Part shown: positions 37,701-51,229 of the stretch, piece by piece | Position numbering within the stretch: the stretch's first letter is position 1 | Layout: every line of letters starts with the position of its first letter | From: Paraspadella gotoi | Lineage: Eukaryota; Animalia; Chaetognatha | Reading direction: 5' to 3' | Length of the DNA: 64,000 bases | NCBI GenBank assembly: GCA_051294375.1 | Contig: CM119271.1 | Location: forward strand, 13,135,039 to 13,199,038 | Made by a program: the position numbers and the translations under genes | The notes under the pieces: model-generated | What the model saw: the letters and a program-made list of their open reading frames with translations, nothing else | What the model was told of the DNA's origin: nothing | Databases searched by the model: none

Positions 37701-40700
37701 GGCAAGTCAGTAGGTATCTGGTTAGGTCCATTAAAAGGTAGGACTGACGATTTTTTGTGGATTAAATTGGCAAGATAAGGCTAAGGTTCTAGGATTTTGG
37801 GTAGGACTTGGGATCTGGTTTCTGCAAATTTTGAACCAGTTATTACTGGAATTAGATCAAAGTTAGCATTCTGGAAGGGACGGCCTCTGTCAACCCTAGG
37901 AGGGCAAAGGTTGCTAATGTATTCTTATACTCTGCTTTATGGTATAGGACAGAAATTTTGACACCCCCATGGGGTGATATTGAAGGATTGGAGAAGGAAG
38001 TGAGTGATTGGATGTTTACGGGTAGAAAAGAAGTAGCTAAAGAAAGATTAAGAGATTCTTATTTAAAAAGGCGGTGCTCAATTAGTAGATATTAAAGATA
38101 AAGTGAGAGCACAGAGAATAATGTGGGTTAAAAGATTGCTTACAATGCCAGAAGGATCTTTCCCAAGAATACTAGCTGGAGAACTAATTGGATCACAGAA
38201 TAATGGACTTTATGGATTAAGTTGTTTTAAAGCCAAGGAGAGAGGAATGCGGGTAGTGGTTAACGGATTTTATGCTGAGTGATTGAGGGCTTGGGCTGAT
38301 TTGGATACGAGATATGAAATAGGAATCTACCTACTTATAATTATGATTTGTATGTTAATCCTTCTATAACTGATGAGAATGACCAGATGATGAAACCTGA
38401 GGGTTTTCTCTTAGGCAGCCTCTTTGACAAAGGTGTTAGGACTGTAGGTCATTTTTTAAATCTACCAATGAATGAAATTCCACATCGGTGGAGAAGAATG
38501 TTATTCGATATCCAGTGCAAGAGTAAGAGAACAAAATAGAAGCTATTGTCCCAACTGATCGTCCACCTGATTATATAATTCAGACAGATAGGGGAGAAAG
38601 GAGATTATCAGAGGTTTCTTATGCGGAAATTTATTCACAATTGAGGTCAAATGTGGTTGTTATACGACATTTATGAGGATAAATGGGAAAGAGCTCTAGG
38701 TATGAATCTTGCTGACCAATGGGCTGGATATGGAGTGCATTAATGCTTTCAAAAGTATCTTATTATGTAAAAACTGCTGTATGGCGACAGATTGGTTTAA
38801 ATTTTTGGACTGCTTATATGGATTATGGTTATTTGGGTAGAAGGTGATGGAATATGCCAGTTGTGTGGTGTGGCAGAGAGAGAGAGATGGCATACTGTGA
38901 TAGAATGCGAAGTGGTGATTAGATTATGGGAAAAATTAAGTGTGACTTTGATTAGATTGGATGATAGGAGAGTTGATAAAAAAGAGATGGGGATTAGGTT
39001 TAAACGGGTGGGGGAGTTAAGGTTAAACTAAGGAATAAGTTAGGTTATATGTTAAGGACAATAGTAATGAAAATGAGGGGATAACAATTAGAAGGGTTGA
39101 AACTGCAGTAGAGAAATTGTGGGGAATGTTTCTTATTTCACTAAGGAAAGAATTAGAGGAAGAATATTGGGTAGCAAAAGTTAATGGAACATTAAGAGGT
39201 TTTGAGAAAACTACTTTAGTTAGAGGGATATTGGGTAGAATAGATGGAGAAGGTCAGATAGAATGGGTAACTTGTTAAAAAATGTAAGGATAGGATATTG
39301 GACACTGTTTACTTAATGAGGTATTGCGTATTGAGTATTGTGTATAAACTAAACAGTATTGGGTTAAAGAATATTGCTTTTACCATTAAAATACCATTAC
39401 ATTAACCAAGAATTTAAAGCTGATTAAAAATTAAACTTTATCTTTAACCTCTAACTTCTAACCTTTAAACCTTATATTTAACATTTAACTTTAAAAAATT
39501 TAAGATGAGTACGTTTATTATAGTCACATTTTCATCACATATTGTATAGGGTCAGAACTTTTATCATGCTTGGTTCCTTTTAATTACTACGTCATTACGT
39601 CATTTTATGTCATTTAGTAACGTTTGGAAACATTGTCATTTTAGTCACATTTGATAATATTTAAATTTAATTAGTCACATTATGTCAATTTATGTTCAAT
39701 TTTATACACATTTGGTCACGTTTAGTCATATTGTATAGGGTCAGTACTTTTATCATGTTTGGTCCTTTAAATATTACGTCATTACGTCATTTTATGTATT
39801 TTAGTAACGTTTTGGAAACATTATGTCATTTTAGTCACATTTGATAATATTTAATCTAATTAGTCACATTATATCAATTTATGTCAATTTTATACACATT
39901 TGGTCACGTTTAGTCATTACCTCGATTTATATTATATAATATATATATTATGTAATTATATTTAGTGTCACTATCCTATTAAGGTCAATTAAGTCATTTA
40001 TGTCATTTTAATTTGATCTTTAGTCATTTATTATTCTATATCATTACATGTCATTTTAGTTGTGCTAGTTTTATAAGTCATTATGCCAATTTACGTAAAT
40101 TATATCGTGATAGTTATATTTGGTCCTTTCATGTCATTTTATTATAATGAGTCATTATGTAATTTTAATTATATTAGGCCAATGTATGTCATTTACGTTA
40201 TTTAAGCCAAGTTTGGTCCTTTATTCATTACGTCATTGTGTCATGTCATTGTATGTCGTTATATCATTTTGGGTCATTTCAGTCATAAGGTCATTGTCTT
40301 TTATGTCATTTAATTATGTCACGATAGTTATATTTATCCCTATGTCATTTATTTATTGCGTCCTTAAGTAATTTTAATCATGTTTGTCATTTTATATCAT
40401 TTACATCATTTAAGTCATGTTTGGTCCTTTATTCATCATGTCATTGTGTCATGTCATTGAATGTAGTTATATCAATTTGGATCATTTTAGTCATAAGGTT
40501 GTTGTTTTTTATGTCAGTTTACGTCAATTTGTCGTGATAGTTACATTTGGTACCTTAATGTCATTTTATTGTGTTGTGTCATTTTGTAATTTTAATCATG
40601 TTTGGTCATTTTATGTCATTTGAATTGAATGTCGTTATATCATTTTGGGTCAAATTAGTCACAAGGTCATTTATGTCATTTTACGTCAATTATGCCGTGA

Positions 40701-41190
40701 TAGTTACATCTGGTTCCTTTATGTCATTTTAGTGTGTAGTGTGTTTACATAATTTTAATTATGTCTGGTCATTTTATGTCATTAACAAACATTTAAGTCA
40801 TATTTAGTCCTTTATTCATTACGTCATTATGAACATGTCATTGTATGTCGTTACATCATTTTGGGCCATATTAGTCATAAGGTCAATGTCTTTTATATAA
40901 ATTTATATCAATTGTTATGATGAATACATTTAATCCCTTTATGTCATTTTAATATGTTGTTGAGTTAAATTTAATTATGTTTGGTCATTTTATGTTATTT
41001 ACGATATCTAAGTCATGTTTGGTCCTTTATTCATTACGTCATTGTGACATGTCATTATATGTTGTTAAATCATTTTAGATCATTTTAGTCATAAGGTTAT
41101 TTCATTGTCTTTCATGTATTTTATGTCACTTTATGTCATTATGTAAACTGTGTTTTTATTATTTTTGAAAAAAAAAAAAAAAAAAAAAAT
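34724..41190 (+). mobile_element. Tx1/L1-clade non-LTR retrotransposon, 5'-truncated, frameshifted ORF2 ~35450-39278 (copy 1)
   Basis: APE motifs ATWNSGGL, GIQETH, ILGDFN, SRIDRVY. RT motifs SPGADGFPAEFW, NYRPVSLVNVDYK, DLEKCFDRVEH, GLRQGD, YVDD. C-terminal CQLC..H...EC knuckle. A-runs at 41168-41230. Antisense in a myosin intron. Confidence 0.92.
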
Positions 41191-41990
41191 TCTAGAGCTT
41201 GTTTAAAAAAAAAAAAAAAAAAAAAAAAAATTCTTTCTATTGTATCAGGTTATTGAATGTAGTTATATCAATTTGGATCATTTTAGTCATAAGGTCGTTG
41301 TTTTTTATTTCAGTTTCGTCAATTTTGTCGTGATAGTTACATTTGGTACCTTAATGTCATTTTATTGTGTTGTGTCATTTTGTAATTTAAATCATGTTTG
41401 GTCATTTTATGTCATTTAAGTCAGGTTTTGGACCTTAATTCATTATGTAATTGTGTCATGTCATTGAATGTCGTTATATCATTTTGGTCAAATTAGTCCA
41501 TAAGGTCATTGTCTTTTATGTCATTTTACGTCAATTATGCCGTGATAGTTACAATCTGGTTCCTTTATGTCATTTTATTGTGTAGTGTGTTTACATAATT
41601 TTAATTATGTCTGGTCATTTTATGTCATTAACATCATTTAAGTCATGTTTAGTTCTTTATTCATTACGTCATTGTGACATGTCATTGTATGTCGTTACAT
41701 CATTTTGGGCCATATTAGTCATAAGGTCATTGTCTTTTATGTAAATTTATGTCAATTGTTATGATGAATACATTTGATCCCTTTATGACATTTTATTATG
41801 TTTGTTGAGTAAATTTAATTATGTTTGGTCATTTTATGTTATTTACGATATCTAAGTCATGTTTGGTCCTTTATTTCATTACGTCATTGTGACATGTCAT
41901 TATATGTTCGTTAAATCATTTTGGATCATTTTAGTCATAAGGTTATTGTTTTTTATGTATTTTATGTCACTTTATGTCATTATGTAACCT
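39510..41990. repeat. GTCAT-based satellite-like array (~10-11-nt period, ~190-215-bp higher-order unit); repeated at ~48630-51110 and ~58210-60690
   Basis: tatgtcattt/ttggtcattt/tacgtcatt recur throughout. The marker tttggtcctttattcattacgtcattg recurs at ~40212, 40420, 40803 and 41018. Confidence 0.9.
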
Positions 41991-43009
41991 CTTATTTTTG
42001 GTATCGTTCTTGATTGTATCATTCTCGTTTTTGTATTGTTTTTGTTCTTGGAGTTTTCCTCGCAAGTATTAATAACTTTATTTTGTCCAACTAACGCAAA
42101 CTAGATTTTGAAGATTTTTAATTCAAATTAAAAATTTGAAAAAAATTGATACGAAATATTTTTGACTAAAATTGTCTAAGAAATTTCAGGTTATTCCCTA
42201 TTTGACTCTGAGGACGCATCAAAATTACTTAGAATCATAAAATCCGTTTAGAGTTTTTGGTTTTTAGCCGATCTTTGGCGGTGTTCAACTCGCGCGACAT
42301 GCGGGCGCAAAATCAACGCCGATCGGCTGAGACTGTTTTCCAATTTCATATTCCTGATCTATCTTCTAAAAACGAATAAATTTATTTACTCTGGATTCTT
42401 AACCGTAATCATTCCTACCGGGGGAGCCTAAGGAAACTCATACTACTGAAAACGTTATCGAACCCATTCCCTTTCTGAGATTTTTGAACAAGCTTTTAAA
42501 CAATTTAAAAAAAAAAAAAGTTAGAATTTTAGCACCCAATTTAGCTTCTCACAAATTCCGCACTTGAAAACTGCATCGCAACTTGCCCATTTCTCTTGAT
42601 AAAGAAATTTTGGATAATTTAAAAATTAAAATTAAAACTAGTGTCCATCATTAAATTTGTATTCTAACGTTGTTAAAGATCTATGAACTTTTTTTTTGGG
42701 GGGGGGGGTTTAGTTTTGGTGGCTTCATGTATTTTTGATTTTCACGTTGGATGATCTTCTGATCTTCCCTAAAATCGTAAATCGTAGCTGATGGATTTTT
42801 GAAATATATAATTAATATAATTATATATATCACGTTCTAATTATTATTTAAATTTATTAAAATTTATGACAATTACTCGTTGAATCTTTCACATAAACTC
42901 TTAATAAATCTTTCATAAAAATCAATTTCATAAAAACCCTGTCAAGCCACATCTCGTATTGCCATCCTTTGTCCATCCCTTTGCCATCCTTTTGTCATCC
43001 CTTTGCTAT

Positions 43010-43323
43010 CAACTCATTGTCCGCAGTATCCTTGCAATCATCGACCTAATATTCTCCAGAATGCTCAACATCAACCTAATTGTCTCCAGCATCCTCAACA
43101 TCACCGACCTGATCGTCTCCAGCATCCTCAACATCACCGACCTGATCGTCTCCAGCATAATCAACATCACCGACCTGATCGTCTCCAGCATCCTCAACAT
43201 CACCGACCTGATCGTCTCCAGCATCCTCAACATCACCGACCTGATCGTCTCCAGCATCCTCAACATCACCGACCTGATCGTCTCCAGCATCCTCAACATC
43301 ACCGACCTGATCGTCTCCAGCAT
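43010..43323 (-). repeat. 33-bp tandem repeat spanning the myosin exon/intron junction (ATGCTGGAGACGATCAG|GTCGGTGATGTTGAGG), 7 near-perfect plus ~3 decayed units; also at 52589-52902 and ~32510-32780
   Basis: Directly visible; translates as (MLETIRSVMLR)n. Confidence 0.95.
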
Positions 43324-43449
43324 GCCCGCGTATCTCAGTTGTTCGACGACGACCTTCATATCGAATTTCATCGGCGACTTTTCGTTGTTGGGTTTGATGC
43401 ATCTGGACGAGCGTTTGAAAGAAGTTGAAGGGGGCGTTCTCTCTCTCTC

Positions 43450-43531
<82 letters not shown>

Positions 43532-43805
43532 CCCTTCTCATAATAATCCTCCCTCCTAAGCCTTCTTTCCAAAAAATCATTACACAATTCTAACCCATAA
43601 TACCATTTGCATATTGCAGTAAATCGTTTTCTCTCAAACCAAAAACCCCCCACCTGATGAACCAAGGATCGCACTTGGCCATCATCTCCATCAGAGACGA
43701 GAGAGAGTCTTGAAATTGCGCGGCGACGGTGTCGCTTCGAGTCTCATGTAGGTGAGGCGACCGTCGGCCCGGGTCGAGCTGCGAGAGAGAAGGCTTTGCT
43801 CCGAC
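43307..43805 (-). CDS. Duplicate myosin motor exons (43654-43805 with a 1-nt deletion; 43307-43402)
   Basis: Matches the 34.2-34.7 kb copy, except atgagac-tcga in place of atgagacctcga. Confidence 0.8.
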
Positions 43806-43843
43806 CTTTTTAAAAGGGATTAAGGGGAGAGGGAAATAAAATC

Positions 43844-46800
43844 TGTATGATTTTCTTTCTATTGTCTGATGATGCTGGTGGAGCTGGAGATGGTGAGGAA
43901 GGAGCCGGTGGTGATGGAGTTGATGCTGGAGGTGATCGAACTGCAGGAGCTGATAGAGAGGAGATAAGGGAGGTGGAAAGGGAGTGGAAGTAGCGGCGGG
44001 AGTGGTGGGAGCAAGAAAAGAAGAGAAAGAAGAATCAGAATCCACCGCAACAGACGCAGCAGATGATACAGGGGATATCCCAGGAAGCACAGCAATTCCT
44101 GCAACAAACAAATCCAACTAACCTACGCAAATGAACCTCACGGATCCTGATGATTTTTCACCATCCATCAATGAGCCGTGGCCTCCCGTTCCGGATCCTT
44201 TACCACAGCGTGCACGATCATCTGTCATTCTGACACCATCAAGACTTGGCAATATTTTCTTCGGCATCTCCAAATTCCTCTAGGTTCGCAATCGCTTTTC
44301 TCGCAATCTCAACCCTCGACTTCGACATCTGTTATTCCTCCAACGCCAGTGGGTTTCAAAGACCGACTTTCATGCGCGGTGCCACAGGTGCAAGGGGATC
44401 GCTCAAAGGATCGTACTACAGCTGGAAGAGGACACAGCAAAGGTGCTGATTAGTATTATTATTGAATTTTTTATTGATGCTTAATTTATATTAGTTCTAT
44501 TTGCAATTCATTATAGCTATTTAATATTTACATCTATGATTAGGCAAGTAAAAATATTAATATTTATAAATGGCAGCTGATGAAGATAATACTGAATCAG
44601 TGGGAGGGCTAGCTACAGGGTTTGCTACATGGAATAGTGGTGGGTTGCATGCTAACACTGGTCAGAGAAAGGGCAACTGGTTGCTTGGATTACTTAATGC
44701 TGACAGAGGATTAGAATTTTGGGGATTCAAGAGACACATTGTAAGGACGATGCTAACTTATGTCAGGCCGTAAATGATATGAAACTAAGGTATTCAGTGT
44801 TTCATAGTCCAGCTGTTGATGGAGATGATTATGCTGGAATATTATGCATTGTGTCAGATGATTGGAAGTTGTGAAAAGAGTTGTTAGTTTTACCTGGTAG
44901 GATTATGTCAGTAAAATTAAAAAGTGTGGTTTTTGGGACTGTGTTAAATTTTATTGTGATTTATGGAAAGAGTGATTGTTCCAGTAATAGTACATGGTTA
45001 AATAAATTGAGAGATGTGATTGATAATTCTTGTGATAATGTTATATTAGGTGATTTTAATTTTGTTGAAGAAAATAGAGATAGAAGCGCTTTGACTATAA
45101 CACCTTATGATAGAAATTTAAGGGATATTTTTACTCCTATAAAACAAAATTTTAAGTTGCATGATGTTTTTAGACTATTAAAAGGGGACGCGAATGAATT
45201 TACTTTTAAATGGGCCAGAGGAATACAAAGTAGGATAGACAGAGTTTATGTGACAGAGGCTATGATTGGTGGTGTGAATAAAATTACCAGCCAATCATGT
45301 CCCGGGGTAGGATTTGGGCATAAATTATTGAAGATAGAATTTCAAGAAAAATTAGAAACTAGGATGTGGTTATTGGAAATTTAATGTTTCTCTTTTGAGT
45401 GATCTTGATTATTCTAGGATGGTGAGGGAAACTGGGAAAATTTTAGGGGAGATAAACATGAATTTGAGAATATAGGAGATGGTGGGACTGTGCTAAATCC
45501 ATAGTGCGCAGCGTAAGTATAGATTTTGCAAGGAGAAAAAGAATGGGAGAGAATAGAATTGTAAGAGGGTTAGAAAAGGAAAAGGAAAGGCTGGAAAATG
45601 AGATTCGAGAAGGTAGGGGATCAATTTTTAATAAAAATCATTTAGTCTGGATCAAGGAAAGATTAGCAGAAGAAGAAGAAAGGAAAGCCGAAGGAGCAAG
45701 GATTAGGTTCACGTGTACCACATTTTGAAGTCAATGAGCCAGGATTAGCTTATTTTAGTAGAGTTGAAAAATCGAGGTGTGGGGGAAATTTAATTTATGC
45801 TTTACGAGATAAACAAGGACAAATAAGGAGAGGTTCAGAAGGGGTTGTCAAGGTTGCTCATGAAACATTATGTTGGTATGTTTTAGTGAAGGAGATATAG
45901 ATGGAATAATTCAAGATGAATTCTTGAGTTGTGTGGACAAAGAATTGGATGAGGACAAACGAGAATGGTGTTGAAAAGGTCATTGAAAAAGATGAAGTGG
46001 AAATGGTTTTGAAGGAATGGCCTCAGGGAGGTCGCCAGGTGCGGATGGATTCCCTGCCGAGTTTTGGAGATATTTTTGGGGTTTAGTTGGTGATGATTTT
46101 ATGCAACTGATTGAGTGGATTTTGAGAGTGGACATTTAACAAAATCTATGTCAGAAGGTGGCAGTAAGATTGATCCATAAGAAAGGTGATAGAGATAATG
46201 TAAAGAACTATAGACCTGTTAGTTTGGTTAATGTTGATTATAAAATGCTTAGTGGCTGTATAAATGCACGACTAGTCTCTGTATTAACCGGATTTAATAC
46301 ATGAAGATCAGGCTGGTCTACCAGGAGAAAAATAGTGATGTTTTACATGTTATACAGGATGTTGTGCAGTACTGTGAATTGAATAATAAAGAGGGAGCCT
46401 TAATATTTCTAGATCTTGAAAAATGTTTTGATAGGGTTGAGCATAGTTTTGTTTTTAAGGCATTTGGAAAAATATGGCTTTGGGGAGAACATAAGAAGAT
46501 GGGGTTAAGACATTTTACAATAAGGTGAATAGTAGAATTTTAGTTAATGGTCATTTGGTCAGAAGAGATAATGGTTAATAGAGGATTAAGGCAGGGAGAT
46601 TCTCCCTCAATGCCTTTGTATATATTAGTGGCTGAGGTTTTTGCTACATCAATAAGGAAAGATAATAATATAATGGGTATAAGGGTAAGGGGGCTGAGAG
46701 AAAGGTAGGGGTTTATGTTGATGATACTCAGGGATTTCTGGGGTCAGAGGAGTCAGTTGAAAGGTTTTATGGATGAAGGCCACTCGTTATGAGTGGGCTG

Positions 46801-49800
46801 CAGGTTCGAGGGTTAATAGGGGCAAGTCAGTAGGTATCTGGTTAGGTCCATTAAAAGGTAGGACTGACGATTTTTTGTGGATTAAATTGGCAAGATAAGG
46901 CTAAGGTTCTAGGATTTTGGGTAGGACTTGGGATCTGGTTTCTGCAAATTTTGAACCAGTTATTACTGGAATTAGATCAAAGTTAGCATTCTGGAAGGGA
47001 CGGCCTCTGTCAACCCTAGGAGGGCAAAGGTTGCTAATGTATTCTTATACTCTGCTTTATGGTATAGGACAGAAATTTTGACACCCCCATGGGGTGATAT
47101 TGAAGGATTGGAGAAGGAAGTGAGTGATTGGATGTTTACGGGTAGAAAAGAAGTAGCTAAAGAAAGATTAAGAGATTCTTATTTAAAAAGGCGGTGCTCA
47201 ATTAGTAGATATTAAAGATAAAGTGAGAGCACAGAGAATAATGTGGGTTAAAAGATTGCTTACAATGCCAGAAGGATCTTTCCCAAGAATACTAGCTGGA
47301 GAACTAATTGGATCACAGAATAATGGACTTTATGGATTAAGTTGTTTTAAAGCCAAGGAGAGAGGAATGCGGGTAGTGGTTAACGGATTTTATGCTGAGT
47401 GATTGAGGGCTTGGGCTGATTTGGATACGAGATATGAAATAGGAATCTACCTACTTATAATTATGATTTGTATGTTAATCCTTCTATAACTGATGAGAAT
47501 GACCAGATGATGAAACCTGAGGGTTTTCTCTTAGGCAGCCTCTTTGACAAAGGTGTTAGGACTGTAGGTCATTTTTTAAATCTACCAATGAATGAAATTC
47601 CACATCGGTGGAGAAGAATGTTATTCGATATCCAGTGCAAGAGTAAGAGAACAAAATAGAAGCTATTGTCCCAACTGATCGTCCACCTGATTATATAATT
47701 CAGACAGATAGGGGAGAAAGGAGATTATCAGAGGTTTCTTATGCGGAAATTTATTCACAATTGAGGTCAAATGTGGTTGTTATACGACATTTATGAGGAT
47801 AAATGGGAAAGAGCTCTAGGTATGAATCTTGCTGACCAATGGGCTGGATATGGAGTGCATTAATGCTTTCAAAAGTATCTTATTATGTAAAAACTGCTGT
47901 ATGGCGACAGATTGGTTTAAATTTTTGGACTGCTTATATGGATTATGGTTATTTGGGTAGAAGGTGATGGAATATGCCAGTTGTGTGGTGTGGCAGAGAG
48001 AGAGAGATGGCATACTGTGATAGAATGCGAAGTGGTGATTAGATTATGGGAAAAATTAAGTGTGACTTTGATTAGATTGGATGATAGGAGAGTTGATAAA
48101 AAAGAGATGGGGATTAGGTTTAAACGGGTGGGGGAGTTAAGGTTAAACTAAGGAATAAGTTAGGTTATATGTTAAGGACAATAGTAATGAAAATGAGGGG
48201 ATAACAATTAGAAGGGTTGAAACTGCAGTAGAGAAATTGTGGGGAATGTTTCTTATTTCACTAAGGAAAGAATTAGAGGAAGAATATTGGGTAGCAAAAG
48301 TTAATGGAACATTAAGAGGTTTTGAGAAAACTACTTTAGTTAGAGGGATATTGGGTAGAATAGATGGAGAAGGTCAGATAGAATGGGTAACTTGTTAAAA
48401 AATGTAAGGATAGGATATTGGACACTGTTTACTTAATGAGGTATTGCGTATTGAGTATTGTGTATAAACTAAACAGTATTGGGTTAAAGAATATTGCTTT
48501 TACCATTAAAATACCATTACATTAACCAAGAATTTAAAGCTGATTAAAAATTAAACTTTATCTTTAACCTCTAACTTCTAACCTTTAAACCTTATATTTA
48601 ACATTTAACTTTAAAAAATTTAAGATGAGTACGTTTATTATAGTCACATTTTCATCACATATTGTATAGGGTCAGAACTTTTATCATGCTTGGTTCCTTT
48701 TAATTACTACGTCATTACGTCATTTTATGTCATTTAGTAACGTTTGGAAACATTGTCATTTTAGTCACATTTGATAATATTTAAATTTAATTAGTCACAT
48801 TATGTCAATTTATGTTCAATTTTATACACATTTGGTCACGTTTAGTCATATTGTATAGGGTCAGTACTTTTATCATGTTTGGTCCTTTAAATATTACGTC
48901 ATTACGTCATTTTATGTATTTTAGTAACGTTTTGGAAACATTATGTCATTTTAGTCACATTTGATAATATTTAATCTAATTAGTCACATTATATCAATTT
49001 ATGTCAATTTTATACACATTTGGTCACGTTTAGTCATTACCTCGATTTATATTATATAATATATATATTATGTAATTATATTTAGTGTCACTATCCTATT
49101 AAGGTCAATTAAGTCATTTATGTCATTTTAATTTGATCTTTAGTCATTTATTATTCTATATCATTACATGTCATTTTAGTTGTGCTAGTTTTATAAGTCA
49201 TTATGCCAATTTACGTAAATTATATCGTGATAGTTATATTTGGTCCTTTCATGTCATTTTATTATAATGAGTCATTATGTAATTTTAATTATATTAGGCC
49301 AATGTATGTCATTTACGTTATTTAAGCCAAGTTTGGTCCTTTATTCATTACGTCATTGTGTCATGTCATTGTATGTCGTTATATCATTTTGGGTCATTTC
49401 AGTCATAAGGTCATTGTCTTTTATGTCATTTAATTATGTCACGATAGTTATATTTATCCCTATGTCATTTATTTATTGCGTCCTTAAGTAATTTTAATCA
49501 TGTTTGTCATTTTATATCATTTACATCATTTAAGTCATGTTTGGTCCTTTATTCATCATGTCATTGTGTCATGTCATTGAATGTAGTTATATCAATTTGG
49601 ATCATTTTAGTCATAAGGTTGTTGTTTTTTATGTCAGTTTACGTCAATTTGTCGTGATAGTTACATTTGGTACCTTAATGTCATTTTATTGTGTTGTGTC
49701 ATTTTGTAATTTTAATCATGTTTGGTCATTTTATGTCATTTGAATTGAATGTCGTTATATCATTTTGGGTCAAATTAGTCACAAGGTCATTTATGTCATT

Positions 49801-50310
49801 TTACGTCAATTATGCCGTGATAGTTACATCTGGTTCCTTTATGTCATTTTAGTGTGTAGTGTGTTTACATAATTTTAATTATGTCTGGTCATTTTATGTC
49901 ATTAACAAACATTTAAGTCATATTTAGTCCTTTATTCATTACGTCATTATGAACATGTCATTGTATGTCGTTACATCATTTTGGGCCATATTAGTCATAA
50001 GGTCAATGTCTTTTATATAAATTTATATCAATTGTTATGATGAATACATTTAATCCCTTTATGTCATTTTAATATGTTGTTGAGTTAAATTTAATTATGT
50101 TTGGTCATTTTATGTTATTTACGATATCTAAGTCATGTTTGGTCCTTTATTCATTACGTCATTGTGACATGTCATTATATGTTGTTAAATCATTTTAGAT
50201 CATTTTAGTCATAAGGTTATTTCATTGTCTTTCATGTATTTTATGTCACTTTATGTCATTATGTAAACTGTGTTTTTATTATTTTTGAAAAAAAAAAAAA
50301 AAAAAAAAAT
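43844..50310 (+). mobile_element. Tx1/L1-clade LINE, copy 2 (offset +9120, apparently identical)
   Basis: Same ORF fragments and same frameshifts as copy 1. Confidence 0.9.
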
Positions 50311-51190
50311 TCTAGAGCTTGTTTAAAAAAAAAAAAAAAAAAAAAAAAAATTCTTTCTATTGTATCAGGTTATTGAATGTAGTTATATCAATTTGGATCA
50401 TTTTAGTCATAAGGTCGTTGTTTTTTATTTCAGTTTCGTCAATTTTGTCGTGATAGTTACATTTGGTACCTTAATGTCATTTTATTGTGTTGTGTCATTT
50501 TGTAATTTAAATCATGTTTGGTCATTTTATGTCATTTAAGTCAGGTTTTGGACCTTAATTCATTATGTAATTGTGTCATGTCATTGAATGTCGTTATATC
50601 ATTTTGGTCAAATTAGTCCATAAGGTCATTGTCTTTTATGTCATTTTACGTCAATTATGCCGTGATAGTTACAATCTGGTTCCTTTATGTCATTTTATTG
50701 TGTAGTGTGTTTACATAATTTTAATTATGTCTGGTCATTTTATGTCATTAACATCATTTAAGTCATGTTTAGTTCTTTATTCATTACGTCATTGTGACAT
50801 GTCATTGTATGTCGTTACATCATTTTGGGCCATATTAGTCATAAGGTCATTGTCTTTTATGTAAATTTATGTCAATTGTTATGATGAATACATTTGATCC
50901 CTTTATGACATTTTATTATGTTTGTTGAGTAAATTTAATTATGTTTGGTCATTTTATGTTATTTACGATATCTAAGTCATGTTTGGTCCTTTATTTCATT
51001 ACGTCATTGTGACATGTCATTATATGTTCGTTAAATCATTTTGGATCATTTTAGTCATAAGGTTATTGTTTTTTTATGTATTTTATGTCACTTTATGTCA
51101 TTATGTAACCTGTTTTTTATTATTTTTAAAACAAAATTGGTATGTTTCGATTATTGTATTTATATNNNNNNNNNNNNNNNNNNNNNNNNN

Positions 51191-51229
<39 letters not shown>

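Noticed and set aside
35450-39278. Programmed frameshifting or recoding in LINE ORF2
   Set aside because: Numerous scattered indels, often in homopolymers, fit sequencing error or decay.
43010-43323. 33-bp repeat as a CRISPR array
   Set aside because: Head-to-tail units with no unique spacers, derived from the myosin exon junction, in a eukaryotic context with no cas genes.
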